In this document: piece by piece, positions 12,557 to 23,895 of the stretch
Numbering within the stretch: position 1 is the first letter of the stretch
Layout: every line of letters starts with the position of its first letter
DNA from: Ministeria vibrans ATCC 50519
Taxonomy: Eukaryota > Protista > Filasterea
Length of the DNA stretch: 63,719 nucleotides
Direction of reading: 5' to 3'
NCBI GenBank assembly: GCA_943704425.1
Contig: CALSCP010001613.1
Span: 1-63,719, forward strand
Translations under genes and position numbers: made by a program
The notes under the pieces: generated by a model
What the model saw: the letters and a program-made list of their open reading frames with translations, nothing else
The model's database searches: none
Told to the model about the DNA's origin: nothing

Positions 12557-14980
12557 AAGAAAGAAACAAAGTGATAGAGAGAGAAAGAAACAAACAAAGT
12601 GATAGAGAGAGAAAGAAACAAACAAAGTGATAGAGAGAGAAAGAAACAAACAAAGTGATAGAGAGAGAAAGAAACAAAGTGATAGAGAGAGAAGGAAACA
12701 AAGTGATAGAGAGAGAAGGAAACAAAGTGATAGAGAGAGAAGGAAACAAAGTGATAGAGAGAGAAAGAAACAAAGTGATAGACAGAGAGAAAAAAAAGGG
12801 ATAGTGTGTGTGTGTGTGAGAGTGGGGAGAGTGTGGCGTACGCCTGGTTCGCCCGAGTCGGGATCGGATTGAATGAGGATCTTCCCAATGGGGATGTCCT
12901 TGTACACCTCGCGCAGTGCCCGTTCCATGGTTACGCCTGCGCGCAAAATGGACACACCCACAAGACGACAAGCAACGCTGAGAGTACGAGAGGGTGAGCG
13001 TAAGTAGGCGTCGGTCTGGAAGAGAGGATGTACCGGGTGCCTTGAAAGGGCGCGAGAGTGGGGGTCTCGACGGTCACTGAGTCGTATGGCAGGAACGAGT
13101 GCGCCTCTTCAACCACCAGACGCGACAGTCGATGGGCATAGTACACAAACGTGTCGCGGTCTGTTGTGCGATCACGAATCAGTGTTTGCATTCCCAGAAT
13201 CTGTGGCGTTGAAGGGAGAACCTGAAAAGACCACAATAAAAGGTAAGTGTTAAGGGGGGGGCCAATGTGTGCCATTATGTCAGACGGGCAAAAGGGAGTC
13301 GGTAAGTCAATTGCAATGCAAGAGAACTGAAGGAGTGAGTGTAGTCGTACAGTAAGAGTGGAGGGCATCTGATCGGTGGGCAGCGCAGACTGAGCCATGT
13401 GCTTGCGGTGGGCAAGGCCATGCTATAGGTGCATCAAGTCGATTAGTTGCTATCTATCAAGGCTATTCTTTCCTTCAATCCTTGGTTTTCTTCTGCCTCC
13501 TCTCTATCACGTTGTTTCTCTCTGACTCTCCCTTCTTTCTCCCCTCTCTCTGTCTATTTCTTTGTCTCTCCTCTCTGAATGTTTTACGTCTCTAAGTTGC
13601 TTTTGCACACTGGCAGTGACAAGATCAATCGCAACGGTGTTAGTGAGCCCTCGTGGAATGACAATGTCCGCCGCCTACGTCATCATCACTGCAAATCAGT
13701 ACACTGGCTCACTGTACTGCACACATACCTCAATCGATGGTTTGATAAACTGATCAAAAGAGGGACGCACAAACCGGTCGTACTGGTCAATGACCCCAAT
13801 CAGGTCGCGATTGCGCTCGCAAATGTCGCGTTTGAGACGACGCGCCAGACGCACATCCGCATCCGTATCCACAAACACCTGCACAACATTGTAAAAGACG
13901 GATATACAGATAAATTTGTAAAAGACAGACATACACATCAATTTTGTAAGAGACGGATATAAACATCAATTTAGCGAACCACTCCAACACAATGTGACAA
14001 AACAAGTAGTCTCAAAAAATACATCATACATCACTCAAATACAAAAAGGTCATTTCACAGTCATTTTACTGACGCACCACACGCACACAAACACAAACAC
14101 ACAAGACAAAGACACACACACATACACGCACAAGACAAATACACACACACACACACAAAGACACACACACCACAAAGACACACACACACACACACAGTCT
14201 CGTTTGTCAACTCACCTTCAGGTCCATCAAATCTTTCAGGTCTTGTCGACAAAACGCCTACATTTAACATACACACAGGGAGAGATAGAGTCATCAACGG
14301 AACACACCCCATGTCTCCCCACTCACCATAATGCCCTCAAAGATAATCACGTTGGCTCCGTAAATTTTGCGCGTCTCTTTTTTACGACTGTGTGTCCCAA
14401 AATCATACACAGGAATCTCCACACTGCGCCCTGCCTTTAATGCACACAGCACATTGACGAGCAGATCCACGTCAAACGCGTCAGGATGATCAAAATTGTA
14501 CTCGCTTCTGTACGCCTCCTCCTTCTCCGCCTCAGTCAACTCCTACTCACACGTCGGATATCAACGCACTGCCCAAACAAAGCCGATCCACGGTACCTTG
14601 TAAAAGGAGTCCATCGACACAAGCACGACCCAGTCCACATCAATGTCGGCAATGATGCGCTCCGCCACAGACGTTTTGCCAGACGCACTGTACAGTCGCC
14701 AAGACTTCAGCGTGCTCACTCTCGGCCACTCTCATCGCCTCACCTTCCACCGCAGATGCCGATAACAAACGCCTGCGTCGCCTTGCCATCCTCCTTGTAC
14801 CACGGTGGCCGTCCTGGACACGCAGCGTGAGCAGGAGCAGGAGAAGAACCCCAACAAATGTGAAAACACTCTACCTCGTGAGAAGATGCTCTGTTCCTTT
14901 CGTGTCGTATCGAGCACAGGAAGCGCACTCAACGAGGTCGACGAGAAACTGTTGCTGCTGCGCTGTCGATTCGACGCCAT
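9946..14980 (-). CDS. UCKL1: Uridine-cytidine kinase-like protein (uridine kinase + UPRTase domains)
   Basis: GRPPWY, IGICGGSASGKT P-loop, [47 protein letters not shown] and [14 protein letters not shown]. Many GT-AG introns, including a 2502-nt intron at 10340-12841. Confidence 0.95.
10505..10950. repeat. (GAGAGTTT)n / (GA)n-GTTT satellite inside the UCKL1 intron
   Basis: Dozens of 8-bp-based units directly visible. Confidence 0.92.
11131..11736 (-). CDS. Small secreted Cys-containing protein nested in the UCKL1 intron; exon structure uncertain
   Basis: ATG at 11736 starts [20 protein letters not shown] (classic signal peptide), then [12 protein letters not shown]. Downstream coding-like segments (WCRTVCFGG...FSCNIGCWG; VCIASAST...[13 protein letters not shown]) could not be joined unambiguously. 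Confidence 0.5.
12510..12790. repeat. Tandem array of the gaaa(g)gaaacaaagtgatagagaga unit (about 24-28 bp)
   Basis: About 9 tandem copies next to an N gap, within the UCKL1 intron. Confidence 0.9.
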
Positions 14981-15058
14981 AGTTGGAGTAAACAGTTTGA
15001 CTTTTATTCAGTGGTGAGTTGAGTTGAGTCCGAGATTTGTACTTTTCGTTTGTCGCGA

Positions 15059-15122
15059 ACTATCCAAGTAACTAGATCCACGTTGATCGCACTATCCAAG
15101 TAATTAGATCCGCGTTGATCGC
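15059..15122. repeat. 32-bp direct tandem repeat upstream of UCKL1
   Basis: actatccaagtaa(c/t)tagatcc(a/g)cgttgatcgc x2, with 2 mismatches. Confidence 0.85.
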
Positions 15123-15314
15123 GTACTCGTACGGACTACACGCGACTCGGGTAACACCTCATCTCTGCTTCGCCGCCTTCGTCATGCTACTCATGGTGCG
15201 CTACTACCTCTCATGTCTCTCTAGCTGAACATCATCTGTCCATCCTCGTTGCTCCTCACACACATACCCAGACACACTAACCCATATCAACACTCACAAA
15301 CACAAGGACAGCGT

Positions 15315-15733
15315 TTACTTCTTGGCGGCGGCGTCGGCAGCAGCAGCCTCGGCCGCACTCTGCGCCACCGCCTGCTGCTTGAGCTCGGCAAACGTCTCTC
15401 CGCCAAACAGATGTCTCTGCATTTCCTCCGCCGTCAGCTTCTTCTTGCTCTCCATATCCGCCTCCGTCAACTGCTTGATTCCCTACATACCCATACCATG
15501 CAAATCAGCAACTCTCGTCGACCTCTTCAACACATTCCACCAAAACATCTCTCGCTTTCTCTCTCTCTCTCTCTTTTTTTTTTTTTTTGGGGGGCTTCGC
15601 AGTGCAAATTTCGTCAGAGAGACACAACAGACACTCCACTCACCCGTTTCGCCAGCTCAGCAACAAATTCAGGCCTCTGCGACAACAGGCCGGGCTGTGC
15701 CTTCTTCTTGGCGACCATCTCGTCGACGATTTT
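15315..15733 (-). CDS. Two terminal exons of a hypothetical protein (either the 3' end of the gene at 16817 or a gene broken by the gap at 15761-15770)
   Basis: ag|KIVDEMVAKKKAQPGLLSQRPEFVAELAKR|gtgagt ... ag|GIKQLTEADMESKKKLTAEEMQRHLFGG...AAAKK*. Confidence 0.65.
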
Positions 15734-15770
15734 CTACAATCAAACCCGAACCAAAAAAAANNNNNNNNNN

Positions 15771-16817
15771 TTCTTCCGCGTATTCCCGTTCCCATTTTCC
15801 CCCTTTCCCCCCCTCCTCCGCACCCCCTCCGCCCCCTCCCCCGCCTCGGCAAAATGCCTTAAACGCCTTGAGCGTGCGCTTCACCATGCGCTTCGCCGTC
15901 TTCTGCAGATCCACCGACACCACCGCAACCACCTCCTTGCCCACCACGCCATCCACTGCTCCAATAGGTTCCCCCACCCCACCACCCTGTCCGTCGACCA
16001 TTCCATTCACAATTCGCTCCAGCTTCTCGTACACCTGAATCAGAATAGCCATCAGTGCCTGCAGCGTGTTGAGATAGTCCACTGGCGTCCCCTATATAGG
16101 CATCACAGTTAGTCAAACGCAATGCAACACCCATCGGAGCCGTATGTCCACCTACCAGTGTGGGCGTGTGCAAAAAGGCAAATAGAGGTGTCCCATTTGA
16201 CGTGTAAATCTTCGCCTCGGCCGGCACATTGGGTGTGTTCTGGTCGACCTCACCACCGACGCCTGTGCTACCCTCGGTACAGCACGTCAGTGGGTCAACG
16301 TCGACTGCTGCATGCTTCTCGGGTGCTCGCAATGGAGCAAACGCTCGCGACGACGACCTTCCCGTATTCTTCACATAGTGGTGAAACTCCTTTGTCAACT
16401 GTGCGAGGCCTCGCACAAACATCAGCGTGTCAGCGGGAAAGGCCGCCAGAAGAGAACCGAGCGACAGGCCATAGTGGAAGAACAGCAGTGCCCTACAACA
16501 CAAACCATTTCAGACGTCGTTACACCCTCTCTCTCCCGGCGCGCGTGTGCCCACCTTGATTTCCGCTTTTCATTGGTAAACAGATAGTGGTCGCGGGGTA
16601 TAATGTGGACTGAGTTGTGCCACACAACGCTGCAAACGAATCAAAGATCACGACAAATCCATTTCGTGTTGCAACGCGTCTCGTCTCACCGCCCCTGTAA
16701 AACGCGCTCAATGTATCGCAACTGAGCTAGTCTGGTACGCGTCGCCACCGCTGCAGTACTACAGCGTCGTGCGTTATACGTTGAGATCGACAAAACATTG
16801 TCTTACCTTTTTTCCAT
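15771..16817 (-). CDS. Conserved uncharacterised protein resembling a mostly fungal/protist family; runs into an N gap
   Basis: Spliced model: TRLAQLRYIERVLQGRVVWHNSVHI...RALLFFHYGLSLGSLL...FVRGLAQLTKEF...FLHTPTLGTPVDYLNTLQALMAILIQVYEKL; four GT-AG introns keep the frame. Confidence 0.75.
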
Positions 16818-16843
16818 CGTGTGACAAAAACGGCGAGCCAAAC

Positions 16844-16882
<39 letters not shown>

Positions 16883-17013
16883 ACAGACAGATAGACAGTC
16901 ACACACCCGAAAGAGTATAGACTATAAAAACAAAAATTGACTCACTTGACATCCTACATTTGCTAAAGGTGATCGCTTCAAGAATGAACTTGAGCAATTT
17001 ATTTTTCACAACG

Positions 17014-19544
17014 ATGTCTTACCCGGGCGAGGGCGCACGCCTTCGAACGAACACCTTGAACAAGGAAGAGGACGTGAACAGCGCGTCGTCGGCGGCCGAA
17101 GTCAAAGCGAAATCAACTGGTAAACAAGAAAAAAAAGAGAAGAAAAAAAAAAAGAGGAAAAAAAAAAAAAAAAGAAAAAAAACAAAGGCAGGCGCATGCG
17201 TATGGTGTTCACACTGGCCCGGTCATTATGAAACTCTGCTCCTCGCCGCTGGCCCTGCGTCGCTGTTGCAATCGGTTGACGAAAACCATTTCAAACACAA
17301 TCCTGGCAACGGCCCACCATCGCTCATGCGCACCCCTGCCTCCACCCAGGCCCTTGCCTTTCTCAACCAGTCTCCTTCGTCGCACCCTTTTGAATGTCTT
17401 CGTTTGTTTTCCGGCCAAAAGAGGCAAAAAAAAAAACCTGTGACGCCACGCCTTAGCGACGGCGCCTCCATTGGCCGGCCTCCCCGTGGAATAAATACCC
17501 GCCTCGTCTGCTTGTGATCTTGCCACCCCTACTTCCCTCAAACCCAACCTGTCTTTCTGTTTCTCTTCGTGCTGATGTGGGCCCGGCCAGAAACGGTAAA
17601 ACCTGGAATGGGTGGGTTGGCGCTTGATGCTCTTTTTCTCTCTCTATCACTTTTTTTTTTCTATTGTATTGTTCTCTCCTTTTTCGAAATAATCTCCAAT
17701 CCGCCGTCTCGCGCGTTTCCGTGCCTCCCTGGCGTTCGAACGAGCGCATGTGCCGCGCCACATCTATGGACTCATCGTATAGCCACGTCGGCGATGCCGT
17801 TGCCCTTGCTTTAGGGTGTTTCTTGCCTGTGTTTCGATGCCGACCATTTTTTTTTCTTCTTTTTGACCTTTGTTTCGACTTGTGATTGCAGCCAAGGGGA
17901 AGATTACAACAGTAGTGGCCACGGGAAAGAACGGGCGAAGCCACGAGCTGAGCTATGCGGACGCGAGGGTGATTGGCAATGGGTCGTTTGGCGTTGTCTT
18001 CCAGGCGCGTCTGGTGCTCACCAACGAAGTGGTTGCCATCAAGAAGGTTCTGCAGGACAAGCGCTTCAAGGTGCCCTTTTTTCCCACCCCACAATATCTT
18101 CCCTATCACCCTTCTCTTACACATACTTCACTTTGTTATTTCCTCTCGCTTTTTTTTCTTCTTTCCTCTTTTTTTTTTTTTTCGCAGAACCGTGAGCTGC
18201 AAATCATGCGTCTCCTGGCTCACACCAACGTCGTGGAGCTCAAGCATTACTTCTATTCCAACGGCGAGAAGGTATGATGTGACGACCCTGTGTGTGTCGT
18301 GGTGCTAACTCGTGTGTGTTGCGTTACTTGGGACACACAGAAGGATGAGGTGTATCTTAATCTTGTGCTGGACTACGTTCCAGAGACAGTCTACCGTGTC
18401 GCAAGACATTACAGCAAGCTCAAGCAAACTATCCCAATGCTTCTTGTCAAGGTCTGCATTTGCTTTTATTTCTTCTACTTCTCTTTCTTCCATCTCTCTA
18501 TCACGTTTCTTTCTCCCGCTTCTTTCTCCCTCTTCTCTTATTACTTATCTCACCAATATCCTATCCTTCTTCGCAGTTGTATATGTATCAAGTGTTCCGA
18601 TCGCTCGCATACATTCACTCACTGGGCATTTGCCATCGCGACATCAAACCTCAAAATCTCCTCCTCGATCCCACATTGGGCATCGTCAAACTCTGTGACT
18701 TTGGAAGGTATAGGCACAACAACACAATCATGACATTTTTGTCACGACGCTAATCCTTTTTGGTATTCTTGTTGCACTGCAGCGCAAAGAAGCTGGTCAA
18801 AGGGGAACCTAACGTCGCGTACATCTGCTCGCGCTACTACCGCGCACCTGAACTTATTTTTGGCGCCACAGACTACTCTCCTTCCATTGGTACCCGCTCA
18901 TGTTACACTTCCCCTCTCCCCTCTCAATTTTTTCTTTTTGTGTTGCTCCTGTTGCTCGGTAGACATCTGGTCTGCAGGCTGTGTCATGGCAGAGCTGATG
19001 TTGGGCCACCCAATGTTCCCGGGTGAGAGTGGCATTGAGCAGCTGGTGGAGATCATTAAAGTTCTCGGCACTCCCACACGCGAGGAAATCCAGTCGATGA
19101 ACGCAAACTACAACGACTTCAAGTTTCCCCAGATCAAGGCGCATCCCTGGAACGAAATCTTCCGCTCCAAGACATCGCCCGAGGCGACCTCCTTCATTGC
19201 CCTCCTCCTCGAGTACACGCCGGCAAAGCGAGTGTCTGCCTGGGACTCGCTTGCGCACTCTTTCTTTGACGAACTCCGTCTCCCCACCACCAAACTCATC
19301 AACGGCGCTCCTCTCCCCGTCCTCTTCGATTTCACCCCCGAAGGTCCGTCGTGTCACACTCCATCCACGTACACTTCCTTCACTCACAGTTTGTCTTGTC
19401 TTTCCTTGTTGTCGCACTGTAGAGCTGCAAATCAACCCGTCCATCAACGACAAGCTCATCCCTGAACACGCAAAGACCGCAGCGGCAGCAGACGTATCCG
19501 CAGCGTCGTCGACACAACCCTCCGCCGACCCTGCTACAACATAA
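17014..19544 (+). CDS. GSK3: Glycogen synthase kinase 3
   Basis: [61 protein letters not shown] and FPQIKAHPW. Exon 1 (17014-17119) joins 17892 in phase 1. Confidence 0.97.
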
Positions 19545-19781
19545 TCCCGTCCCATCACTTGCACCCCCATGTCTCTTATTTCTCTCTGTCCTCTTTTCCT
19601 TTCGGTCTCCATTGAACTCTACACACTTTGGAACTTTGCCACATTTCTTCTTTCTTTTTCTTCCTCTTTCTTTTCTTTCTTTCTTTCTCCCTCTTTTTTT
19701 TTTTTTTTTTTTTTTGGGCGGTAGGGTGGGACTTGACGTGTTAAGGGTGTAATAGTGTGTATGAATATTGTGAACAATGAC

Positions 19782-20072
19782 CTATGACGATGGGGGCTGC
19801 TGGGGCGGTTGGGGCTGATGGGGCTGTCGCGGAGGAGCAAACTGAGGACGAGGCCCAAAGTAGCTCTGCTGGAAGGACGGCGTCAACGCATAGTTGTATG
19901 GGGAAGGGGCCATACCACGAGGCGCCATCATAGCCGGGGCAAAGAACCCACCAGAGGCAGACGCGATCGTTGGCCTAGGCGCAGTAGGACTTCCTCGCAT
20001 CGCCTCAACTGGCCCACTGACAACGGCAGTGCCAGTGCTGCCCGATTGCCCACCGCCAGCTTGCTTGTGCAC

Positions 20073-20119
<47 letters not shown>

Positions 20120-23100
20120 GAGAAGGAGGTCGCATCATGAGCATCTGGGGAGAAACGTACTGGCCCATCGGAAGTGGGTGACCCGGCGCCTGTCCTGGCA
20201 GCTGCTGCATTTGCTGATGAGGGGTTTGTGGATTGAACATAAACGACTGCATCGGCGACGACCCCACCGGATGCGGAGCGGGCCACATCATATGTCTCAT
20301 TGCTGGATGTTGCATTGGCATCCCAAACATGAAAGGCGCCGCACCCAGCATGGGTGTCGCTCCCAAGGGTGCTTGCATCGGCGCCCTGACTGCCCCAGGC
20401 GGCGCAAGGACGGGTGCGCCCGCACGTATGGGAGCGGTGGTCGTCACTACTGTCGTGCTATCTGATGTTGTGGTTGGTGTTGCGATTGTCGGTGGCGCGA
20501 CGGCGGGGGTGGATACAACAGGCGCGGGCACTGGTGGCGACGGCCCTTTCCAGACAAACGACGGTTCCGTCTTGCTCGGTTGCCAGTCGTTCGTCTCGTC
20601 GACCTCCATCGATGCCCTCTGTGCCTTCTTCCCCTCATCCCCTTCTCCCTTTGCTTTCTCACCGTTGCCATCACTGCTCGACTGCTCCCTTGTCTTTGAT
20701 GCATCATTCCTCTCCACAGGCGTTGCAACAGTCGACACGTCCTGCCCCTGCGAATCCTGGGTCCTATCCATAGCCGTTGCCGTGTCCGTCTCGCCCGACG
20801 CATTTTCATTCTGCTTTGGGTACGCGGCTGCTATTGCAGGCGCAACACTGGCGGGGGGGACGGGTGTACAACCAACAGACAGCGCTGGACCAGCAGCGAC
20901 TGGGGCGATTCCTACAACGGGCGCGCCGGTGTACGGCCTGGGCAGCGGCATGCCTCCCATGCTGTTGTAGCTATTCTGGTAGAGCAGAGAGAGCTCGTTT
21001 GCTTGTTGCTGCTGCAGGTAGAGCAACTCAAGCTCCTGCTGCTGACTCAGGCACAACCGTCGATATTCCATCATTTGGCTCAGCTGCAGATTGTACGCTT
21101 GGTTTGCTGTAGAGCGCGCGGCCGCCGACGACGGAGGTTCAATGACGGGCACAGGCAACCGTGGAACCTTTCGTGGGTGCAAGGGCGGATCAAATGCCTC
21201 GGGAATGCCAGGCACGGAGGGTGGCAGCGACCGTTTGCGGGACTCGCCCGCAGTCGACGCGCGCTCGTCCGCATCGTCATCGGCGTCGACGTTGGGCGCG
21301 CCTCTCAACGACGGGGTGCTGTCGACGTCACGGGGCGACATTGGCGAGGTTACATCGGCAGGTGGTGGGCGCTGGTAATCGACAGACGAGAGCGCGGGAT
21401 GGGCTGAGGCGCGACCTCGTCCGCGCGGGCGTCCGCGCCGACGCGGTACTGCCAGTGCTGCCATACTACTCCCGGCACCCCGTCCACGGCCACGTGTGCT
21501 TCCACGAGGGCGCCCGCGTGGTCGGCCGCGTGGTTGGCCACGTGTCGCTGTCACTGGTGGTGGTTGGTAGATGGGAATTCCTACCCCGTCGTCCTCGTCG
21601 CTCTCACCACTGCAATACCACAGATCGCCTTCCCTCACATACTCTCCTTGTGCCCACATGCTTGCCTCGTTGTGTCGTCGACGCCCCATGCCCCCTTTCC
21701 CTGCAATGCCAGCAGCAGCGGCGGTGGCCGCAGCCGCCGCCGCCGCAGCAGCAACAACACCTTTCTGTCGCGGTGACGAAAACACGGCTACCCCTTCGTG
21801 CACAGGAAAGCCATCAATCACATCGATCTCATGGGTGACATTCTCCGCCTGCGAACTTGTGTCCTCACCAACAGCAGCAGCAGTGGTGATGGAGTCGAGC
21901 GGCGATGTTGTTGTTGTTGTTTTTGTTGTTGTTGTTGACGTTGACGCTGTCGTTGCTGGCGCAGGTGGCCCCGGATTCGTTGATGTCGTCCTTTGCTCTG
22001 TTCTCTCTTCCTCTTCTTCGTCATCCGTTTCTTCTTCTTCCTCGTCCTCCCCCTTTTGTTCTTCTACACCACTCCCTTCGATCTCCTTCTTCTTCTCCTC
22101 CTCCCCATCATCGTCACCACCACCACCACCAGTGGCAGATCCTTCTCCACCTCCTTCGCCAAGTTGCGCACTGTCTCCTGCAGCTACCTCACCACCATTG
22201 TTATCATCGCCACTTCCGTTTCCCTCTCCACTATTCTTCCTCGGTTTCTCCTCGTCACCCTTGGAACTCGTCCACCCTTCATCGTTCGTTCCAACCCTAC
22301 TCCTCATCACCTGCCTTGCTCGCTCGCGACAGCGCCACAGACGCTCCAGCTCCTCATCAACACCCCTATCGTCGTCGTTGCTGTCCTCGTCGCTCTCCTG
22401 GTAGTCCTCGTCGACGTCTTCCCTTGCGCTGTAGTCTTTGTCGACGTGAGCCTTGCGAGCTCGTGTGGTGCCGAGCCTCGCTGCATACCCGCGCCTCTCC
22501 TCCTCCTCCTTCTCTTCTTCCCCTTGGCCGTATTTCCCACCACCAATACGGCTGTGGCAGTACAGCTGTGTGTGTTTGCGCCGAATCCGTGCTTGCGCGG
22601 AGTCATTGTGTTCGTCCGTGTCTGACGTCCTACTCGCATCTCCACCGGTGCTGCTCTTGCCGTCGCTGCGCCGCCCGCCCACCACTAGCCCACCAACAAA
22701 CGCCTGAGCGGCCAGACTGTAGGCAACGGCGCCGCCGCGCAGGCGACCGCCCCCTCTGGCAGACGCCGAGAGCGCCCTCTTCTGTTCGGCTGTCATGGGA
22801 AAACGGTACGACACCAGCTTGAGGAATGCATTTTCGCCTTCGCCGCGCACCACCAGCTTGGTGAGGCCGTGGCGGACGAACACGTCGCGCGTCGCATTGT
22901 CGGCGCGTGTCACTTCCTGATATTTGGCAATATTCTTCAAGTGCCAATAATTTTGCGCGTTCCATCGTCGGCCGTCGCGCCACCGACGCAGCCGTGACGT
23001 GTCGATCACATAAGTTTGATTTCCTTTCACCTGAAGAGACGGCGGCAATGAGAAGGGCGAGTGTGAATACGTTTATTAGGGTCTATCTTATCTAACACGA

Positions 23101-23536
23101 GAAAAAAAAAAAAGAAGCGACAGTCCAAAAAATAAAAATTATAGCGTCGAGAAGGATTGGCGGGATCTTTCACGATGAACAAAGGAAATGTAATGCACGG
23201 CCCGAAGCAGGCGAACGAGAAGCAGCAGCAGCAGAGCTCGCAAACAACCGATTGTTTTATTCCTGTTTTTTTTTTTTTTTTTTTTTTTTTTTTCGTGCGG
23301 TAGAGCGGAAACCGCTTTTAATCTTGGCGTACGCGATGAAAGTCGCTTTTGGACAAGCGCGTGCGGGTCACGGGCAGCACGCCGGTGTGGCACATGTGGA
23401 GAATGGTGCTGACGTCTGCGTCGGAGTCAATCGCGCCATCCAGACACCCCACTTGTTCACCGCCCTCGCCCGCCACGCACATGACACGCGCATGCAACAA
23501 GCTAGTGAACCCGTTCGAGTCCACGTCAAACGGCAT
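19782..23536 (-). CDS. WOPR (Gti1/Pac2)-like DNA-binding protein with AT-hooks and Q/P-rich tail (about 1150 aa)
   Basis: Exon 1 (23536-23333) joins exon 2 (23030-19782) in phase 0, giving LDGAIDSDADVSTILHMCHTGVLPVTRTRLSKSDFHR|VKGNQTYVIDTSRLRRWRDGRRW...KYQEV...FVRHGLTKLVVR...LKLVSY, colinear with the WOPR consensus. Also PRGRPR and RRRGRPR AT-hooks and poly-Q. Confidence 0.75.
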
Positions 23537-23895
23537 ACGCGCGGATCAGAATCGCTACGCGACACAGGTACGTAAAGATATGTTTTTTTTCACTTTTCAA
23601 TAATAATGATTATAAATTATTTTGTGATGAGAAATTAATTCTTCATAATAGTTTTATGTATGAACGAATGAGAAATAATTATTAAATAATTATAAGCCTA
23701 GTATCGAAATGTATCGATTATCAATGAATTCACTATTAACTATTGTCGCCCGACGACTAATGAGAAATAATAAAAATAAAAAGTTGCATAAAATAAACAA
23801 ACACAAAACTCTCACTCTACTCCTCCTCGCTCTCTCTCTCACTTTGCTTCTTTCTCCCTCCTCATTTCGCTCTCTCTCCTTCTCTTGACCATGTT

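Noticed and set aside
12550-12790. CRISPR-like regular array
   Set aside because: No unique spacers, no cas genes, eukaryotic intron; it is a simple satellite.
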